64,000 nucleotides of DNA from Pseudomonadota bacterium (GTDB lineage: Bacteria; Pseudomonadota; Gammaproteobacteria; Burkholderiales; JBEEJL01): positions 1,051 through 65,050 of the forward strand of contig JAYTVC010000049.1 of NCBI GenBank assembly GCA_043744215.1. The letters are read 5' to 3'. A program made the position numbers and the translations under genes. Positions 26,508 to 35,820 of the stretch are shown here, in pieces. The stretch's first letter is position 1. Each line of letters begins with the position of its first letter. Below the pieces are notes generated by a model. The model was not told where the DNA came from. It was given only the letters and a program-made list of their open reading frames with translations, and made no database searches.

Positions 26508-26516
26508 GCTGACAAC

Positions 26517-27701
26517 ATGCACCCAGGCCTCGCACAAAACCAGACCAAATCCTTGTTGGATGACACGCCAACGGTCAAAAAACTTGAGCTCAATTTGCGC
26601 CGCAATGTTGAGCAAGACCACACTGCCCTCATAGACGACGCTGCGGCGCGTTTCCGTTACGAGGATTGCCGCAACGAATATTGGAACCCCGAATCCTACT
26701 CGTTATTGTGGGGAACGCCCGTGTGGGACCAGGCCACCGAGGCGCAGCGCGTCGTGCTCAACCAGCTTTACTGGGTGGCCTATTACGCGCAAATTATCTC
26801 GGCCGAGATTTCTACTATTTTTCTCAACCAGGTTGCGGCGGCTGGCTTGTATTGCCTCGAAGATTTTCGCCTGGTGTGCGATAACCTCGACATCGAAACC
26901 AAGCAGGAACGCGCCCATATTAACGCCTTTAAAAAAGTCAGCGAAGAGGTAGAGCACAAGCTGTTCGGCGAGCGGCTGTTCACTTATCCTATGCGCAGCC
27001 TGTATGACCACACCATGATTTTTGCCGACACCAATGCGGCAAAAACTTTCTGGCGGCGTATGCAGCTCCAGGCGTTTACGGCGCTCTCCACCAGCAATGC
27101 GTTTCTCGGCAGCCAGTATTTGCTGATACGCGGCTTACGTACCTTGAATGGCAAATTGGTGCAGCACCAGCTCTCAAATTATTATATGCAGCACCCGGAC
27201 AAACCCAATGCCCCATTACCTTCGGCCATCAGTTATTGGCACTTCATGGACGAGTCGTTCCATTTCAATACCTCGCGCCTGGTCGGGTTGGAAGTACCGC
27301 GTTCCATCGAAGCGCCCACGGCTTTCGAGCGCTGGGTCGTCAACCGTGGCGTGGCCGGTTGCCAAAAGGATCACTATCATTTTTCCGTCGTCATCAACGG
27401 CATTTTTTGGCACGAGCCGGCGACCTTCCCGGTAATTTACAAATTGTTCCGCTCGCCCACTTTCGGTATGGATCATGCCCAGGCTTTGGCGATGATGAAA
27501 CAATGCTTTACCCAGGAATCCGATGGGCTCACTGCCACCGCCACAACCCATCAGACGGCGTCGGAGTCCTATCGTGCCTTTGTCGAGCCCGTCACCTGGC
27601 TCAACCAGGAAAACCGCGACATGCGCCTGATGCGCGCCAATTCCATTCAGCACTATCTTGGGCGCAATCGGCAAGCCCTAAAACATTTTCAGCCCGCATG
27701 A
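26517..27701 (+). CDS. Soluble diiron oxygenase (AurF-like ferritin fold)
   Basis: It has ExxH motifs (ERAH, ESFH) with additional Glu residues in helical context. The size and layout are like AurF-family diiron oxygenases. Confidence 0.6.
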   Translation: MHPGLAQNQTKSLLDDTPTVKKLELNLRRNVEQDHTALIDDAAARFRYEDCRNEYWNPESYSLLWGTPVWDQATEAQRVVLNQLYWVAYYAQIISAEISTIFLNQVAAAGLYCLEDFRLVCDNLDIETKQERAHINAFKKVSEEVEHKLFGERLFTYPMRSLYDHTMIFADTNAAKTFWRRMQLQAFTALSTSNAFLGSQYLLIRGLRTLNGKLVQHQLSNYYMQHPDKPNAPLPSAISYWHFMDESFHFNTSRLVGLEVPRSIEAPTAFERWVVNRGVAGCQKDHYHFSVVINGIFWHEPATFPVIYKLFRSPTFGMDHAQALAMMKQCFTQESDGLTATATTHQTASESYRAFVEPVTWLNQENRDMRLMRANSIQHYLGRNRQALKHFQPA

Positions 27702-28000
27702 AAAATCATCGCATTGAGTTTCCCGGCACATCATTTGCTCCGGTTGAATTGCCCGATCTGACCAGCCTGCCTTTGCACCTCACCGTGCAGAATTCACCGG
27801 TTCTGTTCGGGTGTCGCAGTGGCCTATGCGGAACCTGCCTCGTTGAAGTGGAGCCTTTGACTGACGATTCACTCGAACCATCTGATAACGCCGAAGCCGA
27901 AGCGCTGGAACTTTACGCGCGGGGCAACTCCAAAGCGCGTCTCGCTTGCCAACTGCTGCTGACGGCAGACATTCGTATCCGTAAAATCAAGAGCGGCTAA
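27698..28000 (+). CDS. Plant-type [2Fe-2S] ferredoxin
   Basis: The 100-aa protein has CRSGLCGTC (Cx4Cx2C) plus a distal Cys (LACQ). There is an ATGA overlap with the diiron oxygenase. The ORF-track entry 27236-28000 is real only from 27698. Confidence 0.8.
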   Translation: MKNHRIEFPGTSFAPVELPDLTSLPLHLTVQNSPVLFGCRSGLCGTCLVEVEPLTDDSLEPSDNAEAEALELYARGNSKARLACQLLLTADIRIRKIKSG

Positions 28001-28080
28001 TTCGGCGCGCCAGCGCCCACCACCCATAACATCCGTCCATTTATCCCCTGATTTGGGCTATGCAATGCGTGCGGTAAAGT

Positions 28081-28674
28081 TTAATAGCACTCTTCGTTAC
28101 CCTCCGCTTGTCGCGGATTCGGATTAAAACCAAAGTGTGTTGCAACCTCGTCACTATTGATCACGGCAGCGGCAAAACGCTTATTGTGAAATTTCAAAAA
28201 TAAGCCGTGCCAAAAATTAGGTGGTGTTTCTGCCAGTTTCGCTAACGCATCATCACTCAATTTTTTGCCGTCGCTTGACGAAAAATGACCCAGCAGAGTT
28301 TGCAAATCCCGATCATCTACTACGCCGATGCCGTGTTCTGTCTGCAACAAAAGCTGGCCGCGTTCGTCGATCCATGCACCGGTTATCTGCGTCACTTTTG
28401 CTCTGGTTTGGGTTTCAAGATTAGTTTCATCGACGAAGCGTAACACCCACGGCGTGTAATCGAGCGTGACATACACCCGCTGCGGGCCGTTCTGGAAAAA
28501 CCAGCGGCCCTGTTCGTCGTGAGTGTAATTGCGGTCGATGAATTCAGCGACGATAGGATTGCTGATGCGCTCGCCCTTGATGCGCCATTCACCCCGCTGC
28601 GACAGCGACAGCCAGCCGAACACTGCGGGCACGTTGGGCCATTTGGCCATGGCTTGGAGAACGATGTTGTCCAT
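28081..28674 (-). CDS. Conserved hypothetical protein
   Basis: A 197-aa ORF with a coding-like composition. The N-terminus AKWPNVPAVFGWLSLSQRGEWRIKGERISNP looks like a conserved DUF, but I cannot name the family. Confidence 0.5.
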   Translation of the reverse strand: MDNIVLQAMAKWPNVPAVFGWLSLSQRGEWRIKGERISNPIVAEFIDRNYTHDEQGRWFFQNGPQRVYVTLDYTPWVLRFVDETNLETQTRAKVTQITGAWIDERGQLLLQTEHGIGVVDDRDLQTLLGHFSSSDGKKLSDDALAKLAETPPNFWHGLFLKFHNKRFAAAVINSDEVATHFGFNPNPRQAEGNEECY

Positions 28675-28688
28675 AGGCCAGTTTACTG

Positions 28689-29501
28689 CTAGTCGCGGAA
28701 CTTCGCCTCGCGCTTTTGCATATTCGCTGCCGCCGCTTCCTGCAAATCATCCGACAACAGCATGGCGGCGTTCCAGGTGGCGATGTAATTCAATCCGTCG
28801 GCGACGGTATGATCGCGCGAGTAAATGAGCATCTCTTTGGTGCCGCGCGTGGCGAGGGGAGATTTCTGCGCGATGGTTGTTGCGATTGCGGTTACGCCGG
28901 CCATCAGTGCTTCCTGGCTATCAAAAGTTTTGTTCACAAAACCAAACGACCGTGCTTCGTCGCCGGAAAATTTGCGCCCCGTGTAAGCCAATTCGCGCGC
29001 GATGCCGTCGGGAATCAGTTTGGGCAGGCGCTGCAATGTGCCGACATCCGCCGTCATGCCGATGTCGATTTCTCTGATGCTGAAAAACGCGTCAGCCGTC
29101 GCGTAGCGCATGTCGCAGCACGTCGTCATATCGATGCCGAATCCGACGCATGCACCGTGAATAGCCGCGAGTACCGGCTTGCGGCAGCGTTCGATGTTCG
29201 TCATGCAATCCTGCATATCAAGTATTTGCCGGCGCAGTTTTTCGCGCATACGCGCCTGATCTTTTTCTGCGACAAGTTGTTGCACGCCCGCGAATGAAGC
29301 GAGGTCAATGCCGGACGTGAAATGCTTGCCGCGTCCACTGAGAATCGCGACGCGGGCTTCGGGGGTTTCATCGACCCATTTGAACGCCGTGCGGATTTCA
29401 TTCCACATGGTTTCATTCAGTGCATTGGCTTTGTCGGGGCGGTTAAGCTCGATGTGGGCGATGTGGTTTTGCAGGGAGACGGCGAGAGTTTGGTAATCCA
29501 T
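28689..29501 (-). CDS. Enoyl-CoA hydratase/isomerase (dienoyl-CoA isomerase-like crotonase)
   Basis: It has the crotonase fold (NRPDKANALN, FTSGIDL, AAIHGACVGFGIDM). I take the start at ATG 29501, which has an aaggaa RBS. Confidence 0.8.
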   Translation of the reverse strand: MDYQTLAVSLQNHIAHIELNRPDKANALNETMWNEIRTAFKWVDETPEARVAILSGRGKHFTSGIDLASFAGVQQLVAEKDQARMREKLRRQILDMQDCMTNIERCRKPVLAAIHGACVGFGIDMTTCCDMRYATADAFFSIREIDIGMTADVGTLQRLPKLIPDGIARELAYTGRKFSGDEARSFGFVNKTFDSQEALMAGVTAIATTIAQKSPLATRGTKEMLIYSRDHTVADGLNYIATWNAAMLLSDDLQEAAAANMQKREAKFRD

Positions 29502-29526
29502 GTGAATGATTTCCTTTTCGATTTCA

Positions 29527-29636
29527 CCCATCCCCAGTTTAACCTTTCCCTTGAAGGGGAAGGGACTCCTCTACAGTTAAGGGAGTTATGGTTTTAGTCC
29601 CCTCCCCTTCAAGGGGAGGGCTAGGGTGGGGATGGG
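29527..29636. repeat. Composite palindromic REP-like element (family B)
   Basis: cccatcccc...cccttgaaggggaaggg ... cccctccccttcaaggggagggctagggtggggatggg. Nested hairpins are present. A related copy lies at 52746-52786. Confidence 0.75.
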
Positions 29637-29661
29637 TTTAAGCTTGAACAAACAACAAAAA

Positions 29662-30492
29662 TTATTTCTTCGCCATCGCCGCCATCATCTGTTCTGCGCC
29701 CATATTGAACAGCGCGGAGCCGGGAAGATTTTGCCCGCCGTCCGTCACCAGCAATGTGCCGGTGATATACGACGCCAGCGGCGAGGCGAGAAACACGGCG
29801 GCGTTGCCGATGTCGTCCACTGTGCCCATGCGTTTCAACGGAATGGAGTTCAATAGTTGTTCGGTGAATTTGGGATTGGTCAGGCGTTTGACGCCCTCGG
29901 TGCCTTCGATGGGGCCAGGCGCGATGGAGTTACAGCGGATGCCGTACTTGCCCCATTCCAGCGCGAGGTTGCGCATCATGTTGTCGATGCCCGCTTTCGC
30001 CGCGCCGACGTGCAATTGATACGCGTAAGGCATAAATGCTTGGCCGGCAGATATATAAAGTATGCAGCCCTTGGTTTGTTTCAATTGCTCGAACGCCGCG
30101 CGCGAGGCGTTGAATGCGCCGAGCAAATCAATGTCGATCACGGTTTTGAATCCGTTGGCGCTGAGTTGTTCCGACGGGCAAATGAAATTGCCGGCCGCGC
30201 CGGCCACCAAAACATTCATCGGGCCGAGTTCTTGCGCACTTTTTGCGAACGCCGCTTCGAGGGCCGTATAGTCGCGCACGTCGGCAACGACAGGGCAAAC
30301 TTTTGCGCCGAGTGCTCTGAGCTCAATCGCGGCGTTGTCGAGTTTCTCCTGCGTGCGTCCGCAGATGGCGATATTCGCGCCGAGGGCGGCGAAATTTTTT
30401 GCGATGCCTAAATTAATTCCGCTGCCACCACCGGTGACAAAAACGGTTTTGCCTTTGAACAAATCTTTTGCGAGATAAGAAGTAATGTTCAT
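29662..30492 (-). CDS. SDR, 2,4-dienoyl-CoA reductase-like
   Basis: TGGGSGINLG is followed by AGNF and then YxxxK-type catalytic residues (AAKAG). The overall similarity is to peroxisomal-type dienoyl-CoA reductases. Confidence 0.7.
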   Translation of the reverse strand: MNITSYLAKDLFKGKTVFVTGGGSGINLGIAKNFAALGANIAICGRTQEKLDNAAIELRALGAKVCPVVADVRDYTALEAAFAKSAQELGPMNVLVAGAAGNFICPSEQLSANGFKTVIDIDLLGAFNASRAAFEQLKQTKGCILYISAGQAFMPYAYQLHVGAAKAGIDNMMRNLALEWGKYGIRCNSIAPGPIEGTEGVKRLTNPKFTEQLLNSIPLKRMGTVDDIGNAAVFLASPLASYITGTLLVTDGGQNLPGSALFNMGAEQMMAAMAKK

Positions 30493-30514
30493 TTTTTATG
30501 CCTTTATGAATGAC

Positions 30515-30541
30515 AAATAATTGAATGTAATCAATATGTTA
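30515..30541 (-). repeat. 27-bp AT-rich intergenic motif copy
   Basis: The reverse strand reads taacatattgattacattcaattattt. It lies in the 54-bp gap between two co-directional genes. Confidence 0.55.
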
Positions 30542-30546
30542 CGTAA

Positions 30547-31266
30547 TCACGCTTTCAGCCTGCCGTCCACCAGTTTGGGTATCACATTGAACACACCAAG
30601 ACGCGCGGCAAAATCCACTTCATCCTGCATACCATTTTTTTTCATCAGCTTGCCGATGCGCGAGCGCAAGAGTGCATCCACTGGATTGGAATGTAAAAAC
30701 AAATCCTGCGCTGCCAACGCGGCATCGGAGAATTCATAACGCGATGGTTCGGCCTTGTGTAACAAATCAATCATGTATCCCGCGCCGTAAAAATCTTCCA
30801 GATTGAATCCGCCGCCGGAACCGGAACAGACAATTAACACGGTTTCGTCCTGATGTTTATCCATCACGTGTTGCATCACCGCGGCACCGTTAAGCAGGGC
30901 GGCGGCATAAACATGATCGGAAGACGACGACTTCGCCAATGCAACCGTGCCATTGGTGGTCGAGTAAATCAGTTTCTTGTCGGCGAGATCAGACTTCAAT
31001 AGTGCCAGCGGCGTCGGTGGGCCGAAGCCGTCGATATGTTTAATATTTTTTTCGCCGGCCAGCAGGTAAGTCCCCGGCGCATGCTTTTCCGCTTCGCTGC
31101 GCGCATGGTGCTCATCCAGCGCGGGAATGACTTCCGTTACGCCGTGATGAAACGCCGTGACAATGGTCGACGTGGCGAACAGGATGTCGAGCACGACAAC
31201 GACTTTGCCGGTGAGCAATTCTGAATCGAGGTCTTCTTTCTTTAGCAGGACATGGACTTTAGGCAT
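30547..31266 (-). CDS. 2-phosphosulfolactate phosphatase (ComB) family protein
   Basis: The N-terminus VVVVLDILFATSTIVTAFHHGVTEVIPA and the overall length are typical of the ComB family. Confidence 0.6.
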   Translation of the reverse strand: MPKVHVLLKKEDLDSELLTGKVVVVLDILFATSTIVTAFHHGVTEVIPALDEHHARSEAEKHAPGTYLLAGEKNIKHIDGFGPPTPLALLKSDLADKKLIYSTTNGTVALAKSSSSDHVYAAALLNGAAVMQHVMDKHQDETVLIVCSGSGGGFNLEDFYGAGYMIDLLHKAEPSRYEFSDAALAAQDLFLHSNPVDALLRSRIGKLMKKNGMQDEVDFAARLGVFNVIPKLVDGRLKA

Positions 31267-31733
31267 TAGCTTGTCGCGCCCGGATTGCGTACACGGAACA
31301 TGCCCATGCCTTCCATGGTCATCACCAGTTCGTTGTGCTGGTTATAAACGTGCCACAAACTTTTGATGATGCCGATGTCGGGTTTGCTTTGCGAGGTGCG
31401 GGCTTCCATCGTGGTGCGTGTGGCGCGGATGGTGTCGCCGGCGCGCACAGGTTTAAGCCATCGAATGTTATCGACGCCAGGTGAGCCGAGGCTCGCCGAT
31501 TCACCCAGATAACCATCAACCATCATGCGCATGACCAACCCGCAGGTTTGCCAACCGCTGGCAATGATGCCGCCGAAAAAAGATTCTTTCGCGGCGGCTT
31601 CATTGATGTGAAACGGCTGCGGGTCGTATTCGGTGGCGAAGGCGATTATTTCTTCCTTGGCGACAAGGCGCGAGCCGAGGTTGTGGACTTCGCCGATTTT
31701 ATTCAGTTCTTCCCAGTAATATTTATAAGCCAT
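31266..31733 (-). CDS. MaoC-like (R)-specific enoyl-CoA hydratase / hot-dog dehydratase
   Basis: It has a hot-dog fold with a MaoC-type segment (DPQPFHINEAAAKESFFGGIIASGWQT). There is a one-base start/stop overlap with neighbouring genes. Confidence 0.75.
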   Translation of the reverse strand: MAYKYYWEELNKIGEVHNLGSRLVAKEEIIAFATEYDPQPFHINEAAAKESFFGGIIASGWQTCGLVMRMMVDGYLGESASLGSPGVDNIRWLKPVRAGDTIRATRTTMEARTSQSKPDIGIIKSLWHVYNQHNELVMTMEGMGMFRVRNPGATS

Positions 31734-32866
31734 TACGCGGCCGTAGCGAAGCGTTCCAAATGATAGTCGGCATCACCCAAACAAAAATCAATCATGGTGA
31801 GGCGCTTGAAATAGTGGCTGACGCTCAATTCCTCCGTCATGCCCATGCCGCCGTGCAATTGAATCGCCTGCTGGCCGACGAATTTGCCCGAGCGGCCGAT
31901 GTAAGACTTGGCAGCGGAAACGGCTCGGCGGCGCGCATTTGCATCGGTCGATTGCGCATTCACCGCCGCAAGAATCGCCATGGATTTGGATTGCTCGGCC
32001 TGCATAATCATATCGACCATGCGATGCTGTAGCGCCTGGAATTTGCCAATGGGCACGCCAAACTGACGGCGGGTTTTCAAATATTCCAGCGTCGCGGCAT
32101 TCAGCGCCTGCATCACGCCGACCGCTTCCGCACATAATGCGGCGCTGGCGATGTCGCTGACTTGTTCAATCAAAGGCAGTGCGTCATCGAGTTTGCCGAT
32201 GATCGCATCGGCACCGACTTTCACATTTGATAAAGTAATCTCCGCCGCATGCAAACCGTCAATGGTCGGGTAGCCGCGCGCTGTCACACCGGCCGCTTTG
32301 CGGTCAACGATGAACAGCGAAATGCCTTTCGCGTCGCGCGCGTTGCCTGACGTACGCGCGGAAACAATCAACTTGTCCGCGCTGTCGCCGTTGAGAACCA
32401 CGGCTTTTGCGCCGTTGAGCACATAACCGTCGCTGTCTTTTTTTGCCGTCGTGGTCACGTTGTTTAATTCATAACGCGCTTTGGGTTCGCCGTGGGCGAA
32501 GGTCATCAGCAACGAGCCATCGATTATTTTCGGCAACAGGGATTTTTTTTGCGCATCGTTGCCGCCATGCTGAATCAATCCGCCGGCGAGCACCACGGTT
32601 GCGAGGTAGGGCTCCACCACCATGCCGCGACCCAGTTGCTCCATCATGATCATCATGTCGATGCCGCTGCCGCCGAAGCCGCCGAATTCATCACTGAACG
32701 GAATGCCGAGCAAGCCCATGTCGGCAATGGTCTTCCACGTCTCGCGACTGAAACCCTCCGCCGTTTTCATGCGCGCTTTGCGCTGGTCAAAGCTGTATTC
32801 CTGTGCAATAAACTTGCTCACGCTGTCTTGCAATAATTGTTGCTCTTCGCTGTAAGAAAAATCCAT
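31733..32866 (-). CDS. Acyl-CoA dehydrogenase family protein
   Basis: It has the ACAD fold (QLHGGMGMTEE signature region). The C-terminus lacks a YEG-type catalytic Glu motif. Confidence 0.8.
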   Translation of the reverse strand: MDFSYSEEQQLLQDSVSKFIAQEYSFDQRKARMKTAEGFSRETWKTIADMGLLGIPFSDEFGGFGGSGIDMMIMMEQLGRGMVVEPYLATVVLAGGLIQHGGNDAQKKSLLPKIIDGSLLMTFAHGEPKARYELNNVTTTAKKDSDGYVLNGAKAVVLNGDSADKLIVSARTSGNARDAKGISLFIVDRKAAGVTARGYPTIDGLHAAEITLSNVKVGADAIIGKLDDALPLIEQVSDIASAALCAEAVGVMQALNAATLEYLKTRRQFGVPIGKFQALQHRMVDMIMQAEQSKSMAILAAVNAQSTDANARRRAVSAAKSYIGRSGKFVGQQAIQLHGGMGMTEELSVSHYFKRLTMIDFCLGDADYHLERFATAA

Positions 32867-32874
32867 GTCTGTTC

Positions 32875-34077
32875 CTATAAGCCGAGAATCATTTGCGAAA
32901 TAATATTTTTTTGAATTTCATTCGACCCGCCGTAAATCGAGGTTTTGCGCAGGTTGAAATAGTGCGCGGCCAACGGTGCAGTATTCGCCGGGCCGATGGG
33001 CACACCTTTGTAATCCATTTCAAAATCGTCCGGATTGTAGGGCGCGGCGTAAGGTCCGATAGCCTCCATCATCAACTCGCCCAGCAATTGTTGAATCTCC
33101 GTACCTTTGACTTTGAGTATCGACGCTTCAGGCCCCGGTGCTTTGCGTTCGGCATCGGCGGAGACAACGCGAAGGTTGGTGATTTCCAGCGCCATCAATT
33201 CCATTTCCAGATTGGCGATTTTGTCGCGGAAGCGGGGGTTTTTGATCAGCGGTTCGCCGTTCATCATTTCTGCTGATGCGAGTTTTTTCAAATACGCCAA
33301 CTCGCGTTTCGAACGGCCCACGCCGGCGATGCCGGTGCGCTCGTGCGATAACAAAAATTTTGCGTAGGTCCAACCTTTGCCCTCTTCACCAACGAGATTT
33401 TGTACGGGTACTTTTACGTTGTCGAACCAGACCTCGTTCACTTCATGCTCGCCATCGAGCAGGATGATCGGCCGCACCGTAATGCCGGGCGTTTTCATGT
33501 CGATCAGCAAAAACGAAATGCCTTCCTGCTTTTTCACTTCAGGATCCGTCGCCGTTCGCACGAGGCAGAAAATCCAGTCGGCGTGCTGGCCCAAAGTCGT
33601 CCAGGTTTTTTGGCCGTTGACGATGTAATGATCAGCTTCGCGCACGGCCTTGGTTTTGAGCGACGCAAGATCGGAACCTGAACCGGGCTCCGAGTAACCC
33701 TGGCACCACCAGTCTTGGCTCGACTGGATGCGTGGCAAATAATAATTTTTTTGCGCGTCGTTGCCGAAAGCCATAATGACGGGAGCCACCATGTTGGGTC
33801 CGAAGGGCACGATGTAGGGCGCGCCGGCATCGGCGCATTCTTCATCAAAAATATGCCGTTGCACTGGCGACCAACCGGGTCCGCCGAATTGCTTCGGCCA
33901 GCCTGGTGCCATCCAGCCTTTTTTGTGCAGGGCTTGTTGCCAGCGCACGAAATCGTTTTTTTCGAGGCGTTTGTGTTCCAATACTTTGCGGCTGATGTCA
34001 GCGGGCAAGTTGTTGCGGACAAAGTCGCGCACTTCGTCGCGGAAAGCAGCATCTTGCGGAGAATAGTTCAGATCCAT
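32875..34077 (-). CDS. Acyl-CoA dehydrogenase
   Basis: It has the ACAD fold (QGYSEPGSGSDLASLKT, IYGGSNEIQKN). Confidence 0.85.
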   Translation of the reverse strand: MDLNYSPQDAAFRDEVRDFVRNNLPADISRKVLEHKRLEKNDFVRWQQALHKKGWMAPGWPKQFGGPGWSPVQRHIFDEECADAGAPYIVPFGPNMVAPVIMAFGNDAQKNYYLPRIQSSQDWWCQGYSEPGSGSDLASLKTKAVREADHYIVNGQKTWTTLGQHADWIFCLVRTATDPEVKKQEGISFLLIDMKTPGITVRPIILLDGEHEVNEVWFDNVKVPVQNLVGEEGKGWTYAKFLLSHERTGIAGVGRSKRELAYLKKLASAEMMNGEPLIKNPRFRDKIANLEMELMALEITNLRVVSADAERKAPGPEASILKVKGTEIQQLLGELMMEAIGPYAAPYNPDDFEMDYKGVPIGPANTAPLAAHYFNLRKTSIYGGSNEIQKNIISQMILGL

Positions 34078-34268
34078 ATTTCCCTCAGGTTTGATTCTAT
34101 TGAGAATTATTTATGCAATGACGGGCAGGGTTTTAGCAAATCAATAGCGTTTTTGCCGCATATAAACTGGCTTTGCACTCGGGTAAAGATTACGGTAATT
34201 TGTCAGGGGCGGCAACAGGGGCCAATCGTTGTTTGAAAATAGCCTGATCAAAATATTAACGGAATTTC

Positions 34269-35813
34269 ATGAAAATTATTACTCCCGCGCAAGCTGCGAA
34301 TTTAATTCAAGATGGCTGGACGATTTGCACCAGCGGCTTCGTCGGCGCGGGGCATCCCGAAGCCTTGAGCGTCGCGGTTGAAGAACGTTTTTTGCGCGAA
34401 GCAAAACCGCGCAACCTCACTTTGCTTTATGCCGCCGGACAAGGCGACCGCGAGACGCGTGGGGCAGGGCACTTTGGCCACGAAGGATTGTTGAAGCGCG
34501 TGGTCGGCGGCCATTGGGGCGCCGCGCCCCGGTTGGGCGCGCTGGCGGTGGCGAATAAAATCGAAGCCTACAACTGGCCGCAAGGCGTGATCGCGCAATT
34601 GTTCCGCGCCATCGCAGGCCATAAACCGGGTGTGATTTCCAAAATCGGTTTGAACACTTTCATTGACCCGCGTCATGACGGCGGAAAACTCTCGGTCCGC
34701 ACGACAGAAAATATGGTGGAACTCATTACGTTACGCGGCGAAGATTATTTGTTTTACCCGTCGATGCCGATTCATTGTGCATTGATTCGCGGCACGACTG
34801 CCGATGCACGCGGCAATATCAGCACGGAAGAAGAAGCGTTTCACAACGACATTCTCGCCATTGCGCAGGCTGCCCACAATTCAGGCGGCATTGTGATTGC
34901 GCAAGTAAAAAACATTGTCGAGGCGCATACGCTTAATCCTAATGCTGTGCGGGTGCCAGGCATTCTGGTGGATTACGTGGTGCAGCCCGATCACGCAGAG
35001 CATCATTGGCAAACCTATGGCGAAGAGTACAACCCTGCGTACACGGGCGCCGTGCGCGCCGCCGAAGATGATTTTGACAGCGTACCGCTTGAAGTGCGTC
35101 GCATCATCCAGCGTCGCGCGTTTTTCGAATTACTTAAACTTAACAACCCGGTCGGTAATCTCGGCACCGGCATTCCCGCTGGCGTGGGCGAAGTGGCGCG
35201 CGAAGAAGGCCACAAGAATTTTACCCTCACCATTGAAGCAGGCCCCATTGGCGGCACGCCTTCGGGTAATCGCTTGTCATTCGGCGCATCGACGAATCCC
35301 GAATGCATCATCGACCAGGCGGCGCAATTCGATTTTTACGACGGCGGCGGATTGGACATCGCCTTTCTCGGTATGGCCGAAACCGATGTACACGGCAATG
35401 TGAATGTGAGTAAATTTGGCGAGCGCATTGCGGGCGTAGGAGGCTTTGTGAATATTTCGCAGACAGCTAGGCACGTCATTTTTATGGGCACCTTTATGAC
35501 GGGTGGCCTGGCGGTGAAAACCGGCGACGGCAAATTAGAAATTATTCACGAAGGGCGTAAACAAAAAATCGTGCCACGTGTTGAGCACCTTTCTTTCAAT
35601 GGGCCGTACACGACAGGGCAGGGCGTAAAAGTTTTATATATCACCGAGCGCGCAGTATTCGCGTTGCGCAACGGCCAACTCACGCTGGTTGAAATCGCGC
35701 CGGGGATGGATTTGCGCCGCGACATTCTGGCCCATTGCGCGCGCGATGTGGTTGTCGCAAACGAGTTGAAATTGATGGATGCGAGAATATTTCGCGAAGG
35801 GAGAATGACGTAA
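34269..35813 (+). CDS. Family I acyl-CoA:acetate/3-ketoacid CoA-transferase (YdiF/Pct-like)
   Basis: The N-terminus is ITPAQAANLIQDGWTICTSGFVGAGHPEAL. The 514-aa single-chain fused alpha/beta layout is typical of the family. Confidence 0.75.
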   Translation: MKIITPAQAANLIQDGWTICTSGFVGAGHPEALSVAVEERFLREAKPRNLTLLYAAGQGDRETRGAGHFGHEGLLKRVVGGHWGAAPRLGALAVANKIEAYNWPQGVIAQLFRAIAGHKPGVISKIGLNTFIDPRHDGGKLSVRTTENMVELITLRGEDYLFYPSMPIHCALIRGTTADARGNISTEEEAFHNDILAIAQAAHNSGGIVIAQVKNIVEAHTLNPNAVRVPGILVDYVVQPDHAEHHWQTYGEEYNPAYTGAVRAAEDDFDSVPLEVRRIIQRRAFFELLKLNNPVGNLGTGIPAGVGEVAREEGHKNFTLTIEAGPIGGTPSGNRLSFGASTNPECIIDQAAQFDFYDGGGLDIAFLGMAETDVHGNVNVSKFGERIAGVGGFVNISQTARHVIFMGTFMTGGLAVKTGDGKLEIIHEGRKQKIVPRVEHLSFNGPYTTGQGVKVLYITERAVFALRNGQLTLVEIAPGMDLRRDILAHCARDVVVANELKLMDARIFREGRMT

Positions 35814-35820
35814 CGCAACG

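Noticed and set aside
27236-27697. An N-terminal 154-aa extension of the ferredoxin ORF in the ORF track.
   Set aside because: It overlaps the diiron oxygenase gene in another frame and is Arg/Pro-rich. The ferredoxin starts at ATG 27698 with an ATGA overlap to the upstream stop.
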